The notes under the pieces are model-generated. The model was given only the letters and a program-made list of their open reading frames with translations, searched no databases and was not told the DNA's origin. A DNA stretch of 64,000 nt from Gammaproteobacteria bacterium (lineage in GTDB: Bacteria; Pseudomonadota; Gammaproteobacteria; Magnimaribacterales; AG-339-G14), in the NCBI GenBank assembly GCA_045564455.1, contig JBJLHG010000002.1:679877-743876 (forward strand), given 5' to 3'. Below are positions 1 through 9,432 of the stretch, piece by piece. Within the stretch, counting starts at the first letter, position 1. Each line of letters opens with the position of its first letter. The translations under genes and the position numbers were made by a program.

Positions 1-1
1 G

Positions 2-36
2 AATAAATTTAAGACGTTTTAAATAAATTTAAGACG
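2..36. repeat. Perfect 15-bp direct repeat AATAAATTTAAGACG x2 (2-16 and 22-36), 20-bp phasing
   Basis: Read directly from the sequence. Lies about 50 bp upstream of the ATG at 84. May be truncated by the window edge. Confidence 0.6.
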
Positions 37-83
37 CTTGGACTTTTTTTTAAAGCAATATGGTTTTTGGGTAAGATATTCAA

Positions 84-1982
84 ATGAGAAATAATAATAT
101 GCATGATTTTGTAATTAGAAATGGAAAAATTATAGACGGATCTGGAAAAAAACCATTCATTGGCGACATTGCTATTGATGATGAAAAAATTTCACTAGTA
201 GGGTTTGTAGCAAATTCAGGTAAAAAGGAAATTGATGCTAAAGGTAATATAGTTACGCCTGGATGGGTTGATATTCATACACATTACGATGGCCAGGTAT
301 GTTGGGATCCATACTTAACACCTTCCAGTTGGCATGGAGTAACGACTGCCGTTATGGGGAATTGTGGAGTTGGGTTTGCACCAGTCAAACCTGGCGATGA
401 AAATTTTTTAATTCAATTGATGGAAGGTGTGGAAGACATTCCGGGCGCTGCTCTGCATGAAGGCATTGAGTGGGACTGGGAAACTTTCCCTGAGTTTTTA
501 GATGCAATCGATAAGAAAGAATTTGTTATGGATTTAGGTTTCATGATTGGTCATGGACCTTTAAGAAGTTATGTGATGGGTCACGAAAGATGTCAAAACC
601 AAGTTGATGCCTCTGATAAAGAGATTAATAAAATGTCAGAGCTTGTAACAGAAGCTATTAATGCAGGTGCTTTAGGCTTCAGTACTTCAAGAACTATTTT
701 GCATAGAGATATTTATGGAAAATATGTTCCAGGAACTGAAGCTAGTTCTGAAGAAATGAAAGCTCTGGCTTTTGGTATAGATAAGGCTGGCGAAGGTACT
801 TTGGAAATAACATCAGACTGGTTGGACGAAGAAATAGAAATGTCTTGGATGAAAGAATATGTCGATAAAAGTGACTGTGGTTTGACTTTCTTGCAAACGA
901 GCGGAGATGCAGCTAAAACAATTTTATATGCAGAAGAACACTATCTTAAAGGTAAAAATATCCGCCCTCAATTTCCTGGAAGAAATGTAGGTCTAATGTT
1001 TGGTCTTGAAAGCTCTTTGAATCCCTTCGTTCAATATCCTGCTTATAAAGAGATTTCAAATTTACCGCTAGATAAAAAATTTGAAATTATGAAGAATCCT
1101 GATTTTAAAAAAATGCTATTAAGTCAAGAACCTGATTTTGAATCAGAGATAGAAAAAAAACTTGCTGATAAAAGTAATACTAAAACCAGAGAAGAAATAA
1201 CAAAGGATGTTCAACTTCCAACTAAGCTTACTGCTAATTATAAAACTCAATTTATCTTAGGGACTCCTCCAAATTATGAACCTAAGAAAGAAGATAGTAT
1301 TGCAGCAATATCTTTAACAAAGGGGATCTCAGAACTTGAGGTAATGTACGATGAAATGATGAAAAATAATGGCACAAACCTTATCTATGCAGCCTTTACT
1401 CCATATGAAAGTTATAAACTTAATTTTGTCGAACAAGCATATGGTCTTAAGTCTTCTGTTGCTGGTGGGAGTGATGGAGGAGCACATTGTGGTCTAATTT
1501 GCGATGCAAGTATGCCAACAACAAACTTATCTCACTGGGCAAGAGACCGAGAGGCTGGTAAGAAATTTCCTCTTGAGATGTTAGTTAAAAAACAAACAAA
1601 AGATACTGCTGAAACTTTTGGCTTATTTGATCGCGGTGAAATCAAACCAGGTATGTTAGCTGATATTAATATCGTCGATTTTGATGAGTTAAATGTGAGT
1701 CATCCTAAAATGATTCATGATTTGCCTTTAGGAGGAAAACGTTTAGTTCAAAATGCTACAGGTTATATAGCAACTATCAAAAGAGGTCATATAGTAAGTG
1801 AGAATGGAACTGCAACTGGAACTCTTCCTGGAAACTTAATTAGAGGAAAACAAATTTCTGAAGTTAAATCAGAAATTTCAAAAGTCTCTCTTTTTGACAG
1901 AACCTTTAGATTATTTTTTCTAAAAATCTATAAAATTTACTGGAGTTTAAGCAAGAAAAAAATTAAAACAACGATGGTTTAA
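84..1982 (+). CDS. N-acyl-D-amino-acid deacylase (D-aminoacylase) family amidohydrolase
   Basis: 632-aa ORF. N-terminus DFVIRNGKIIDGSG, metal-binding HxH in VDIHTHYD, C-terminal PGMLADINIVD, typical of the family. Carries an extra hydrophobic tail of about 45 aa. Alternative ATG at 99. Confidence 0.8.
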   Translation: MRNNNMHDFVIRNGKIIDGSGKKPFIGDIAIDDEKISLVGFVANSGKKEIDAKGNIVTPGWVDIHTHYDGQVCWDPYLTPSSWHGVTTAVMGNCGVGFAPVKPGDENFLIQLMEGVEDIPGAALHEGIEWDWETFPEFLDAIDKKEFVMDLGFMIGHGPLRSYVMGHERCQNQVDASDKEINKMSELVTEAINAGALGFSTSRTILHRDIYGKYVPGTEASSEEMKALAFGIDKAGEGTLEITSDWLDEEIEMSWMKEYVDKSDCGLTFLQTSGDAAKTILYAEEHYLKGKNIRPQFPGRNVGLMFGLESSLNPFVQYPAYKEISNLPLDKKFEIMKNPDFKKMLLSQEPDFESEIEKKLADKSNTKTREEITKDVQLPTKLTANYKTQFILGTPPNYEPKKEDSIAAISLTKGISELEVMYDEMMKNNGTNLIYAAFTPYESYKLNFVEQAYGLKSSVAGGSDGGAHCGLICDASMPTTNLSHWARDREAGKKFPLEMLVKKQTKDTAETFGLFDRGEIKPGMLADINIVDFDELNVSHPKMIHDLPLGGKRLVQNATGYIATIKRGHIVSENGTATGTLPGNLIRGKQISEVKSEISKVSLFDRTFRLFFLKIYKIYWSLSKKKIKTTMV

Positions 1983-2002
1983 TTTTTTTAAAACTATTTT
2001 TT

Positions 2003-3979
2003 ATGAAAAACTTTGTATATTTTTTTGTATTTATTTCTATATTAATTTCATGTTCTGATATCAATTACCAGACACACTCTTCTAAATTGTCTCAAGAAGA
2101 TATCCTTGCTTTAGGTAAAAAAAATACGGCAAGACCAGATCCAAATCCATACAAAAATGCATATTTTGGAGACCTTCACGTTCATACTGAAAATTCTTTT
2201 GATGCATATACTTTTGGAACAACTGCTACTCCAGATGATGCTTATAAGTATGCTCAAGGTGAGGCTATTCCTCATCCATCTGGATATCAAATTCAACTCA
2301 GTCGGCCTTTAGATTTTTATGCAGTAACAGATCATGGAGTCTTTCTAGGCGTGATAAAGGAAGCAGCAAATACATCTTCTAAAATTTCAAACTATGAAGT
2401 TTTTAAACCTATTCACAAAATAAATGAAAATGTGAGTGGCAGTTTATTCTCAATAATTAGAAGAAGCGGTCTCTTTAGGAAGTTAGGACAAGAATTAGGA
2501 GAAAACATTCTTGATGGAACAGTAGATAGAGGTGCTATTGAAGAAATTAGTCGAACGGTTTGGCAAGAAACAATTGCTGCGGCAAATCGAGCTTATAGGC
2601 CAGGAATTTTTACTACTTTTGCTGCCTATGAATATACATCTTCAGAGGAATTATATGATAATTATTTACACCGAAATGTAATCTTTCAAGATACTAAAAA
2701 TTTGCCAAAAACACTTTTTATCAGAGGTGATAGTCTGAATCCTGAAGATTTGTGGGATTGGATGGATAGACTGAGAGATGAAGGAATAGAAAGTTTAGCA
2801 ATACCTCATAATTCAAATATATCTGGCGGCGCTGCCTTTGAAATGACTTATTACAATGGCGATCCTATAGATGAAGCATACGCTAAACAAAGATCTATAA
2901 ATGAACCATTAGTTGAGATTACTCAGGCTAAAGGAACATCAGAAACACATCCCTTGCTTTCTAAAAATGATGAGTGGGCAGCATTTGAATTGCCTGCTGA
3001 TGATGAAGCAAAACTTCTTGAATATGCCAAAGGAAGTTATGTCCGAAATGCGTATTTGAGAGGATTAACTTTATCTGAACAAGGGTTAACAAACCCTTAT
3101 AAGTTTGGTCTTGCCGGAGCAAGTGATACTCATGTTGGTGGAGGATCATATAACGAAGAAACCTTCTTTTCTAAAGTTGGTATATTGGATGGTAGGCCTG
3201 ACATGAGAGGCTCCATACCATTTAATTGGGCTTTAGCCACAACTGCAAAGGTAATTGGATCAGATTTTATTACTGAAATAGATGGAAAAAACTACACATC
3301 TGGTCCCGCAAAAAGACTCATTGGTTTTTCAGCTTCAGGTCTAACAGGTGTCTGGGCTGAAGAAAATACTCGAGAAGCAATTTACGATGCTTTTCGACGC
3401 AAAGAAACTTTTGCTACTAGTGGCCCGAGAATTAAAGTTCGTTTTTTTGCCGGATACAATTTAGATAAATCTAATTTGAATGATGTTAGCCTTTTAAAAG
3501 ATTTATATTCAAAAGGGACTCCAATGGGAGGCACGCTAAATATTGAGGAAAGTAAAAATCCTAGATTTCTTGTTTGGGCGATTGCTGATTCTTTAGGAGC
3601 TCCGTTACAAAGAGTTCAGATTATCAAAGGATGGCTTGAAGGCGAAGAACAAAAAGAAAAAGTATTCGATGTAGCTTGTTCAGATGGTCTAAGTGTTGAT
3701 CCAAAAACTAATCGATGTCCTGATAATGAAGCAAGTGTTTATATGGAAGATTGCTCAATCAGCAATAATGGAAATAAAGAAATAAAAACTTTTTGGCAAG
3801 ATCCCGAATTCAACCAAGAACAAGAAGCATTTTATTATTCAAGAGTTCTTGAAAACCCTGTATGTAGATGGTCGACTTGGGATGCAATCAGAGTAGAGGA
3901 AAAACCTAGATCTGATATACCTGCAACGATTCAAGAGAGAGCTTGGTCATCTCCAATTTGGTTTAATTCAAGCCTGTAA
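2003..3979 (+). CDS. DUF3604-family protein (PHP-like metallo-phosphoesterase fold), predicted lipoprotein
   Basis: 658-aa ORF. Signal peptide with lipobox-like LISCSD. FGDLHVHTENSFDAY motif as I recall for DUF3604. Confidence 0.7.
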   Translation: MKNFVYFFVFISILISCSDINYQTHSSKLSQEDILALGKKNTARPDPNPYKNAYFGDLHVHTENSFDAYTFGTTATPDDAYKYAQGEAIPHPSGYQIQLSRPLDFYAVTDHGVFLGVIKEAANTSSKISNYEVFKPIHKINENVSGSLFSIIRRSGLFRKLGQELGENILDGTVDRGAIEEISRTVWQETIAAANRAYRPGIFTTFAAYEYTSSEELYDNYLHRNVIFQDTKNLPKTLFIRGDSLNPEDLWDWMDRLRDEGIESLAIPHNSNISGGAAFEMTYYNGDPIDEAYAKQRSINEPLVEITQAKGTSETHPLLSKNDEWAAFELPADDEAKLLEYAKGSYVRNAYLRGLTLSEQGLTNPYKFGLAGASDTHVGGGSYNEETFFSKVGILDGRPDMRGSIPFNWALATTAKVIGSDFITEIDGKNYTSGPAKRLIGFSASGLTGVWAEENTREAIYDAFRRKETFATSGPRIKVRFFAGYNLDKSNLNDVSLLKDLYSKGTPMGGTLNIEESKNPRFLVWAIADSLGAPLQRVQIIKGWLEGEEQKEKVFDVACSDGLSVDPKTNRCPDNEASVYMEDCSISNNGNKEIKTFWQDPEFNQEQEAFYYSRVLENPVCRWSTWDAIRVEEKPRSDIPATIQERAWSSPIWFNSSL

Positions 3980-3995
3980 TTTTTATAAAAAATTA

Positions 3996-4967
3996 TTACA
4001 AGTTAGAAATCATTTGCTCTGTTAATTCCCAAAGTTTTGCGGCTTCGTCTGTATCAACCGCCCAATCAGCTACACCTTCATAACGAGCTTCTGGACCATC
4101 ACTTTGTCTTGGAGCAACATCACAATCCTCACAATAAACTCCGCTGATATCATTAAGCATAGGACTTGTTGCACACCATAATGTTGTTGAAGCTCCTTGT
4201 GAGGGAGACTTAAAAGCTGCAGCAGCCATGTCAGATAAGCTTCCGTCTTCTTTCTTCCATCCAAGAGCTACCATTTCTTCATTTTCTAAATGACGTTGCA
4301 AAGGGGTAACGATTCCTCCTGGATGAACAGAATATGATTTGATTCCTCGATTTTTCATGCGGGTATTAATTTCAACTGCTAAAAGACTAGCAGCAGTCTT
4401 AGATTGGCCATAGGCTTGCCACTTATCATAAGAATTCTCAAAATTTACATCGTCCCATTGAATACCAGAAAGTTTGTGACCGGTAGAAGATAGAGTAACT
4501 AATCTTGGTTCATCAGCTTTTTGCATTGCCGGCATCAAGCCTTTAGTTAAAATAAAATGTCCTATGTGATTGACAGCAAACTGAAGATCCCATCCTTCTT
4601 TTGTAGGCATCTGTGGGCAAGCCATAATGCCTGCGTTATTTATAAGTATGTCTAAAGTAAGGTTTGAATCTAAAAGCTGATCTACAACTTTAATAACCGA
4701 TGAAGGATCAGCTAGATCAACTTCGATGATATTTTTATCTTCAATGATTCCAGAAAGTTCTTTTTTTGCTATAGAGACTCTTCTTGCAGGAATGATAACT
4801 TCTGCTCCTACCTCTACTAATGCTTTAGTGGTTTCTAAACCTATTCCTGAATAACCACCTGTAACAAGAGCTATCTTCCCAGTTAGATCTATTTCATTAA
4901 GAATCTCTTTTGGCTCACTTTTAGCTCCAAAACCAGAATTTATTTGTATTTGTTGTTCAGTAATCAC
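3996..4967 (-). CDS. Short-chain dehydrogenase/reductase (retinol-dehydrogenase/WWOX-like)
   Basis: TGGYSGIG cofactor motif, NNAG, catalytic YGQSK. GTG start preceded by AGGAGG. Confidence 0.85.
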   Translation of the reverse strand: MITEQQIQINSGFGAKSEPKEILNEIDLTGKIALVTGGYSGIGLETTKALVEVGAEVIIPARRVSIAKKELSGIIEDKNIIEVDLADPSSVIKVVDQLLDSNLTLDILINNAGIMACPQMPTKEGWDLQFAVNHIGHFILTKGLMPAMQKADEPRLVTLSSTGHKLSGIQWDDVNFENSYDKWQAYGQSKTAASLLAVEINTRMKNRGIKSYSVHPGGIVTPLQRHLENEEMVALGWKKEDGSLSDMAAAAFKSPSQGASTTLWCATSPMLNDISGVYCEDCDVAPRQSDGPEARYEGVADWAVDTDEAAKLWELTEQMISNL

Positions 4968-5029
4968 ATCCCCTCCTTTTTGATTTACTATACAGGTAGT
5001 TTAGTAAATTATTTAGGGGAGGGTAAATA

Positions 5030-5599
5030 ATGAAACTTTTTATGTATTCAAACAAAAGCTTTTTATTAATTGGAGTAATTTTATTATCATCAATCGTTAT
5101 GTCATATGAAGAACCTAAATACAAAGTAATAAATCAATCAGAGAATTACGAAATAAGATTTTATGATGAAAGGTTGGTAGCTCAAACATTAAATGGAAGC
5201 TCTAATAATAGTTTTAGAAAGTTATTCAAGTTTATATCTGGATCAAATAAAAAATCTCAAAAAATTTCAATGACTGTGCCTGTTACTCAATTCAAATCTG
5301 AAGAAAATAATACGATGCAATTTTACTTACCATCAATATTCAATATGACAAATATTCCTATACCAGATGATTCGGATGTAGAAATTGCTAGGATAAGTTC
5401 AGGTTATTTTGCTGTGATAAAATTTTCAGGAAGGGCATCTGATAAAAATTTTAGAAAGCATTCAAATCAGCTTAGAAAGAACTTAGAAAAAAATGAAATT
5501 AGTATTCTCGGGCCAGCAATCAAAGCGACCTATAACGGACCAATCACACTTCCGATGTTTAGACGTAACGAAAGTATGTTTCAAATTAGTTGGAAATAA
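5030..5599 (+). CDS. SOUL heme-binding-like protein, exported
   Basis: 189 aa. N-terminal signal peptide followed by YEEPKYKVI..YEIRFY, SOUL/HBP-like. Strong SD GGGGAGGG. Confidence 0.65.
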   Translation: MKLFMYSNKSFLLIGVILLSSIVMSYEEPKYKVINQSENYEIRFYDERLVAQTLNGSSNNSFRKLFKFISGSNKKSQKISMTVPVTQFKSEENNTMQFYLPSIFNMTNIPIPDDSDVEIARISSGYFAVIKFSGRASDKNFRKHSNQLRKNLEKNEISILGPAIKATYNGPITLPMFRRNESMFQISWK

Positions 5600-5696
5600 G
5601 TTTTTTTTAAGACAATAGCAATTGAGGTGTGCTGTATTAAAAAAAGTTCTAAGCTAACTAAAATATTAAAATTAAATTTTATAAAAGGAGACCTAA

Positions 5697-6539
5697 ATGA
5701 GCGAAGATAAATATACTCCCCCTGAAGTTTGGGAATGGGATAATCAAAGCGGCGGTAAATTTACTAATATTAACCGACCCATTTCCGGAGCAACACACGA
5801 AAAAGAATTGCCTAGAGGAAAGCACCCATTGCAACTTTATTCATTAGGTACACCTAACGGGATGAAAGTAACTATTCTTTTAGAGGAGCTATTAGCTTTA
5901 GGCCATGAAGGTGCTGAATATGATGCTTTTTTAATTAATATTGGAGAAGGCGATCAATTTGGAAGTGGCTTTGTTAATATTAATCCAAATTCTAAAATAC
6001 CAGCATTGCTTGATGTAAGTACTAATCCTGAAACTAGAGTTTTCGAATCTGGAGCTATTATGGTTTATTTAGCTGAAAAATTTAGTGAACTACTTCCAAC
6101 TGATCCCTCAGCAAGAGCAGAGTGCATGTCTTGGTTGTTTTGGCAGATGGGAAGCGCCCCATACTTAGGAGGTGGCTTTGGTCATTTTTATGCCTACGCT
6201 CCTGAAAAATTTGAATATCCAATTAATCGTTTCGCTATGGAAGTAAAAAGACAATTGGATGTTTTAGATAGAAACTTAGCTTCAAGACAATACCTATGCG
6301 GAGATGATTATAATATTTCTGATATTGCTGTATGTGCATGGTATGGAACACTTGTTTTAAAAAATGCTTATAACGCTGCCAAATTTTTAGATGTTGCTTC
6401 CTATAAAAATGTCATTCGTTGGGCAGATGAAATATCTTCGCGACCAGCTTTTAAAAGAGGCATCAGAGTGAATAGGGCGCCAAGCGGACCTGACGACAAA
6501 GCTATTGCTGAAAGACATGACTCTAGCGATCTTGATTAA
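5697..6539 (+). CDS. yghU: Nu-class glutathione S-transferase YghU-like
   Basis: Near-collinear similarity to my recollection of E. coli YghU (FTNINRPISGATHEK..GKHPLQLYSLGTPNG..GGGFGHFY..ERHDSSD). Confidence 0.85.
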   Translation: MSEDKYTPPEVWEWDNQSGGKFTNINRPISGATHEKELPRGKHPLQLYSLGTPNGMKVTILLEELLALGHEGAEYDAFLINIGEGDQFGSGFVNINPNSKIPALLDVSTNPETRVFESGAIMVYLAEKFSELLPTDPSARAECMSWLFWQMGSAPYLGGGFGHFYAYAPEKFEYPINRFAMEVKRQLDVLDRNLASRQYLCGDDYNISDIAVCAWYGTLVLKNAYNAAKFLDVASYKNVIRWADEISSRPAFKRGIRVNRAPSGPDDKAIAERHDSSDLD

Positions 6540-7297
6540 TGATTAATAATAAAATTAAAATTCATGGTGTTCCAATGTCTCAAGCCGTTAGAGCAGTGCT
6601 TTGGGTATTATTCAATAAAAAATTATCTTTTGATTTTGTTTTGACTGTTCCAGGTTCTAAGGAAGAAAACGGAACAAGACACCCTAACTATCTTAGTAAA
6701 TTTCCAAATGGAACTATTCCAGCGCTAGAAGATACTGAGAGTAAATTTTTCATGGCTGAATCTCATGCCATTATGAGCTATCTGTGTAATAAATATGAAT
6801 GGATAGATTTATATCCAAGAGGACATGAAGAGAGAGCTAAGGTAGATGATTTTCTGCACTATCATCATCGAAACATAAAAGAAGCTTCTTTGGCTTATTT
6901 CGCTCCAATGGCAAGACCTGATCTTGGTTTAACTGACGACGTCATAAATATGGCTAAAAAATTATTTAAAAACGGTCTTAATGCTCTAGAAACTCAATGG
7001 CTAAATAAAAATACTTTTATTTGTGGCGATAACCCAACAATTGCTGATATAGCGGCATACGTGGAAATAGGACAACTTCAAAAGCAGTTTACAAACCTTT
7101 TCGATTTTCAACCCTTTCCAAATGTCAGTAGATGGCTTAAGGATATGACACAAGTTAAAGGACATGATGACGTTCACTTGGTTCTAGCTGAATTAGGTGA
7201 TATAAGTCAAAATCCACCTGTAATGGAAGATTTGATGGGAGCAAATATCAAAGGCTTTAAACATATTGCAAATAAATTAGCTAATTTTGATAAATAA
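6539..7297 (+). CDS. Glutathione S-transferase family protein (theta-like)
   Basis: 252 aa. N-terminal thioredoxin-like GST fold (IPALED..ESHAIMSYL) and C-terminal GST helix (TIADIAAY). TAATG junction with yghU. Confidence 0.7.
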   Translation: MINNKIKIHGVPMSQAVRAVLWVLFNKKLSFDFVLTVPGSKEENGTRHPNYLSKFPNGTIPALEDTESKFFMAESHAIMSYLCNKYEWIDLYPRGHEERAKVDDFLHYHHRNIKEASLAYFAPMARPDLGLTDDVINMAKKLFKNGLNALETQWLNKNTFICGDNPTIADIAAYVEIGQLQKQFTNLFDFQPFPNVSRWLKDMTQVKGHDDVHLVLAELGDISQNPPVMEDLMGANIKGFKHIANKLANFDK

Positions 7298-8018
7298 TAA
7301 ATTTCTCTTAATTTTATTATTATTTATAGGGTTTTTGATATTTGGATTTAATCCGTTTCATAACAGCATCGATCCTGAAAAAACTCTTATTTCTAATAAT
7401 GAAATATATGAAACCAAAACTCAAAGATTAAGGGACGGTTCATATTTGGTAGCAGTCAGAACTGAAATGCCTAAAGTTAAAGCTGAAATGGTGAAATGGT
7501 GGTTCACAGATTATCTTCAAACAACACAACATTATAAAATGTGGCATCCAGAGGATCATTTATGGATGGACTGGGAAAATAAAGAATCTGGAAAAATTAT
7601 TGGTGCAAGTCATTTGGTTCATGAGTATATAGGGGAAGAAATTCAAAAATTGAGAATTCAATTCGTAGATCCTTTAGAGTTTTTTAAAAATGATCCTAAT
7701 AACAAGAATTTATTTGCCTTGTGCGCGAAAGCAGGACTTTTAGAAGAGCAAGTCAACCTCGCAAAAATGTGTCATGTTGTTATAGATACAGAAAGCGGCG
7801 CGGAAATGAGATCTAGATTTTGGATGGGTCATGTTGCTAAAAGAAAAGATAATAATGAAATTCGTTCTATAGAGAGTTTTATAGGAAATATGTTTTTGAC
7901 TAGATCTTTAGTATTAAAAAAATCTGATGCAGAAGATTTAAAAATTCACGCTCAAGAAGAAATGAAATATTTAGCAGAAATTCTTCCTGAGCTTTTTAAC
8001 TCAAAAAATAAACTTTAA
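7287..8018 (+). CDS. DAPG/phloretin-hydrolase (PhlG)-family-like protein with N-terminal membrane anchor
   Basis: TTG start. Hydrophobic N-terminus FLLILLLFIGFLIFGF. Motifs VKWWF, YKMWHPEDH and RSRFWMGH resemble PhlG as I recall it. Paralog of 15305-15955. Confidence 0.55.
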   Translation: MINNKFLLILLLFIGFLIFGFNPFHNSIDPEKTLISNNEIYETKTQRLRDGSYLVAVRTEMPKVKAEMVKWWFTDYLQTTQHYKMWHPEDHLWMDWENKESGKIIGASHLVHEYIGEEIQKLRIQFVDPLEFFKNDPNNKNLFALCAKAGLLEEQVNLAKMCHVVIDTESGAEMRSRFWMGHVAKRKDNNEIRSIESFIGNMFLTRSLVLKKSDAEDLKIHAQEEMKYLAEILPELFNSKNKL

Positions 8019-8031
8019 TCTCTTAGCAATT

Positions 8032-9321
8032 ATGATTAATAAAAGTTTCGATGAAATTAAAGAAGAAATTATCAAGAACCTTTCCGAAGAAAGCGGAAAT
8101 CAGAAATTCATTTTTTTAACTGGCGCTGCAGGAACAGGAAAAACAACACTTTTAGAGAGCATAAAACATGAGGTTGATAAAAAAAAGATAGTTGTCGCAC
8201 CCACAGGTATTGCTGCTCTTAATATAGGCGGCACAACTATTAACTCTGCATTTAGAATCGGTTTTGATACTATTCCAAAGGTTAACAAATCTGAGGATCC
8301 AACATTTAGAAAGTTACTTAAAAATCTCGAACTCTTAGTTATAGATGAGATCTCAATGGTTAGAGCACCAATGTTAGATGCGATATCTCAGTCATTACAG
8401 ATTCACAGAAAGTCCAATAAACCGTTTGGGGGCATTGATGTAATAGTATGCGGAGATCTATTTCAACTTCCTCCAGTGGTAAAACAGAATGAAGAAGATG
8501 CAATATATGCTAAGTATGATTCAGTTTACTTTTTTGATGCTTTTAGTTTTAAAGACATAGAAGGAAAAATTTTCTATGAGCTTAACGAATCATTTAGGCA
8601 AGAAGAAGACGAAAATTTCTTCAATCTTTTAAACAATATTAGATTGGGAAAAGATTTAGATTTAACGATTGAAAAAATTAATGAACATTGCTTTGATTCA
8701 ACGCTTGAGGCTGAGCCATTCATGACTCTTACGTCTAGAAAGAATAGAGCAGAAGACATCAATCACCATAAGTTGTCTTTTAATGAGAATCCGGAAGAAA
8801 TTATTAAATCTAAAGAATTTGGAGAGTTAAAAGAAAATGACTTGCCTGCTCTAAGAGATTTGAGAATTAAAAAAGACGCAAGAGTCATGTTCGTTAAAAA
8901 TGATAGTGATGGAAGATGGGTTAACGGAACCGTAGGAGTAATTTCGGAGTGTTTGGATAAAAACAAAAAATGCATCAAAGTTAAAATTAATGGAATTACA
9001 CACAGAGTCGAAAGAGAAGAATGGAAGAAAGTAAAATTCACTTACGATGAAGATTCTGATGAGGTTTTAGAAGAGGTAGTATCTTCTTTTAAACAGTTTC
9101 CGATTAAATTGGGTTGGGCAGTTACAATACATAAGTCTCAAGGTCTTACTCTCGAAAGTTGCGCGGTAGATTTGGGCGAGGGTGCATTTGCTGCAGGACA
9201 AGCTTATGTAGCACTAAGTCGTTGTAAGAAGCTCGATTCACTTACTCTTTTTAGGGAGCTAAAAAGATCTGATGCTTTGATTGATCCTGATATTCAGGAT
9301 TTTCACGAAAAGCACTTTTAA
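8032..9321 (+). CDS. PIF1-family (RecD-like SF1B) DNA helicase
   Basis: Motifs GAAGTGKT (I), APTGIAALNIGGTTINSAF (Ia), LVIDEISMV (II), GDLFQLPPV (III), VTIHKSQG (V), YVALSR (VI). Confidence 0.8.
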   Translation: MINKSFDEIKEEIIKNLSEESGNQKFIFLTGAAGTGKTTLLESIKHEVDKKKIVVAPTGIAALNIGGTTINSAFRIGFDTIPKVNKSEDPTFRKLLKNLELLVIDEISMVRAPMLDAISQSLQIHRKSNKPFGGIDVIVCGDLFQLPPVVKQNEEDAIYAKYDSVYFFDAFSFKDIEGKIFYELNESFRQEEDENFFNLLNNIRLGKDLDLTIEKINEHCFDSTLEAEPFMTLTSRKNRAEDINHHKLSFNENPEEIIKSKEFGELKENDLPALRDLRIKKDARVMFVKNDSDGRWVNGTVGVISECLDKNKKCIKVKINGITHRVEREEWKKVKFTYDEDSDEVLEEVVSSFKQFPIKLGWAVTIHKSQGLTLESCAVDLGEGAFAAGQAYVALSRCKKLDSLTLFRELKRSDALIDPDIQDFHEKHF

Positions 9322-9432
9322 TGTTTAATTTATTTAGTTATTAATTGCTTATGTTTGTAGGGGTGTTTAAGGTAATTTTTTCCTATGTATAATTAATTGA
9401 TTAATTTAATAAATTTTTGAGGGGAAATTTTC

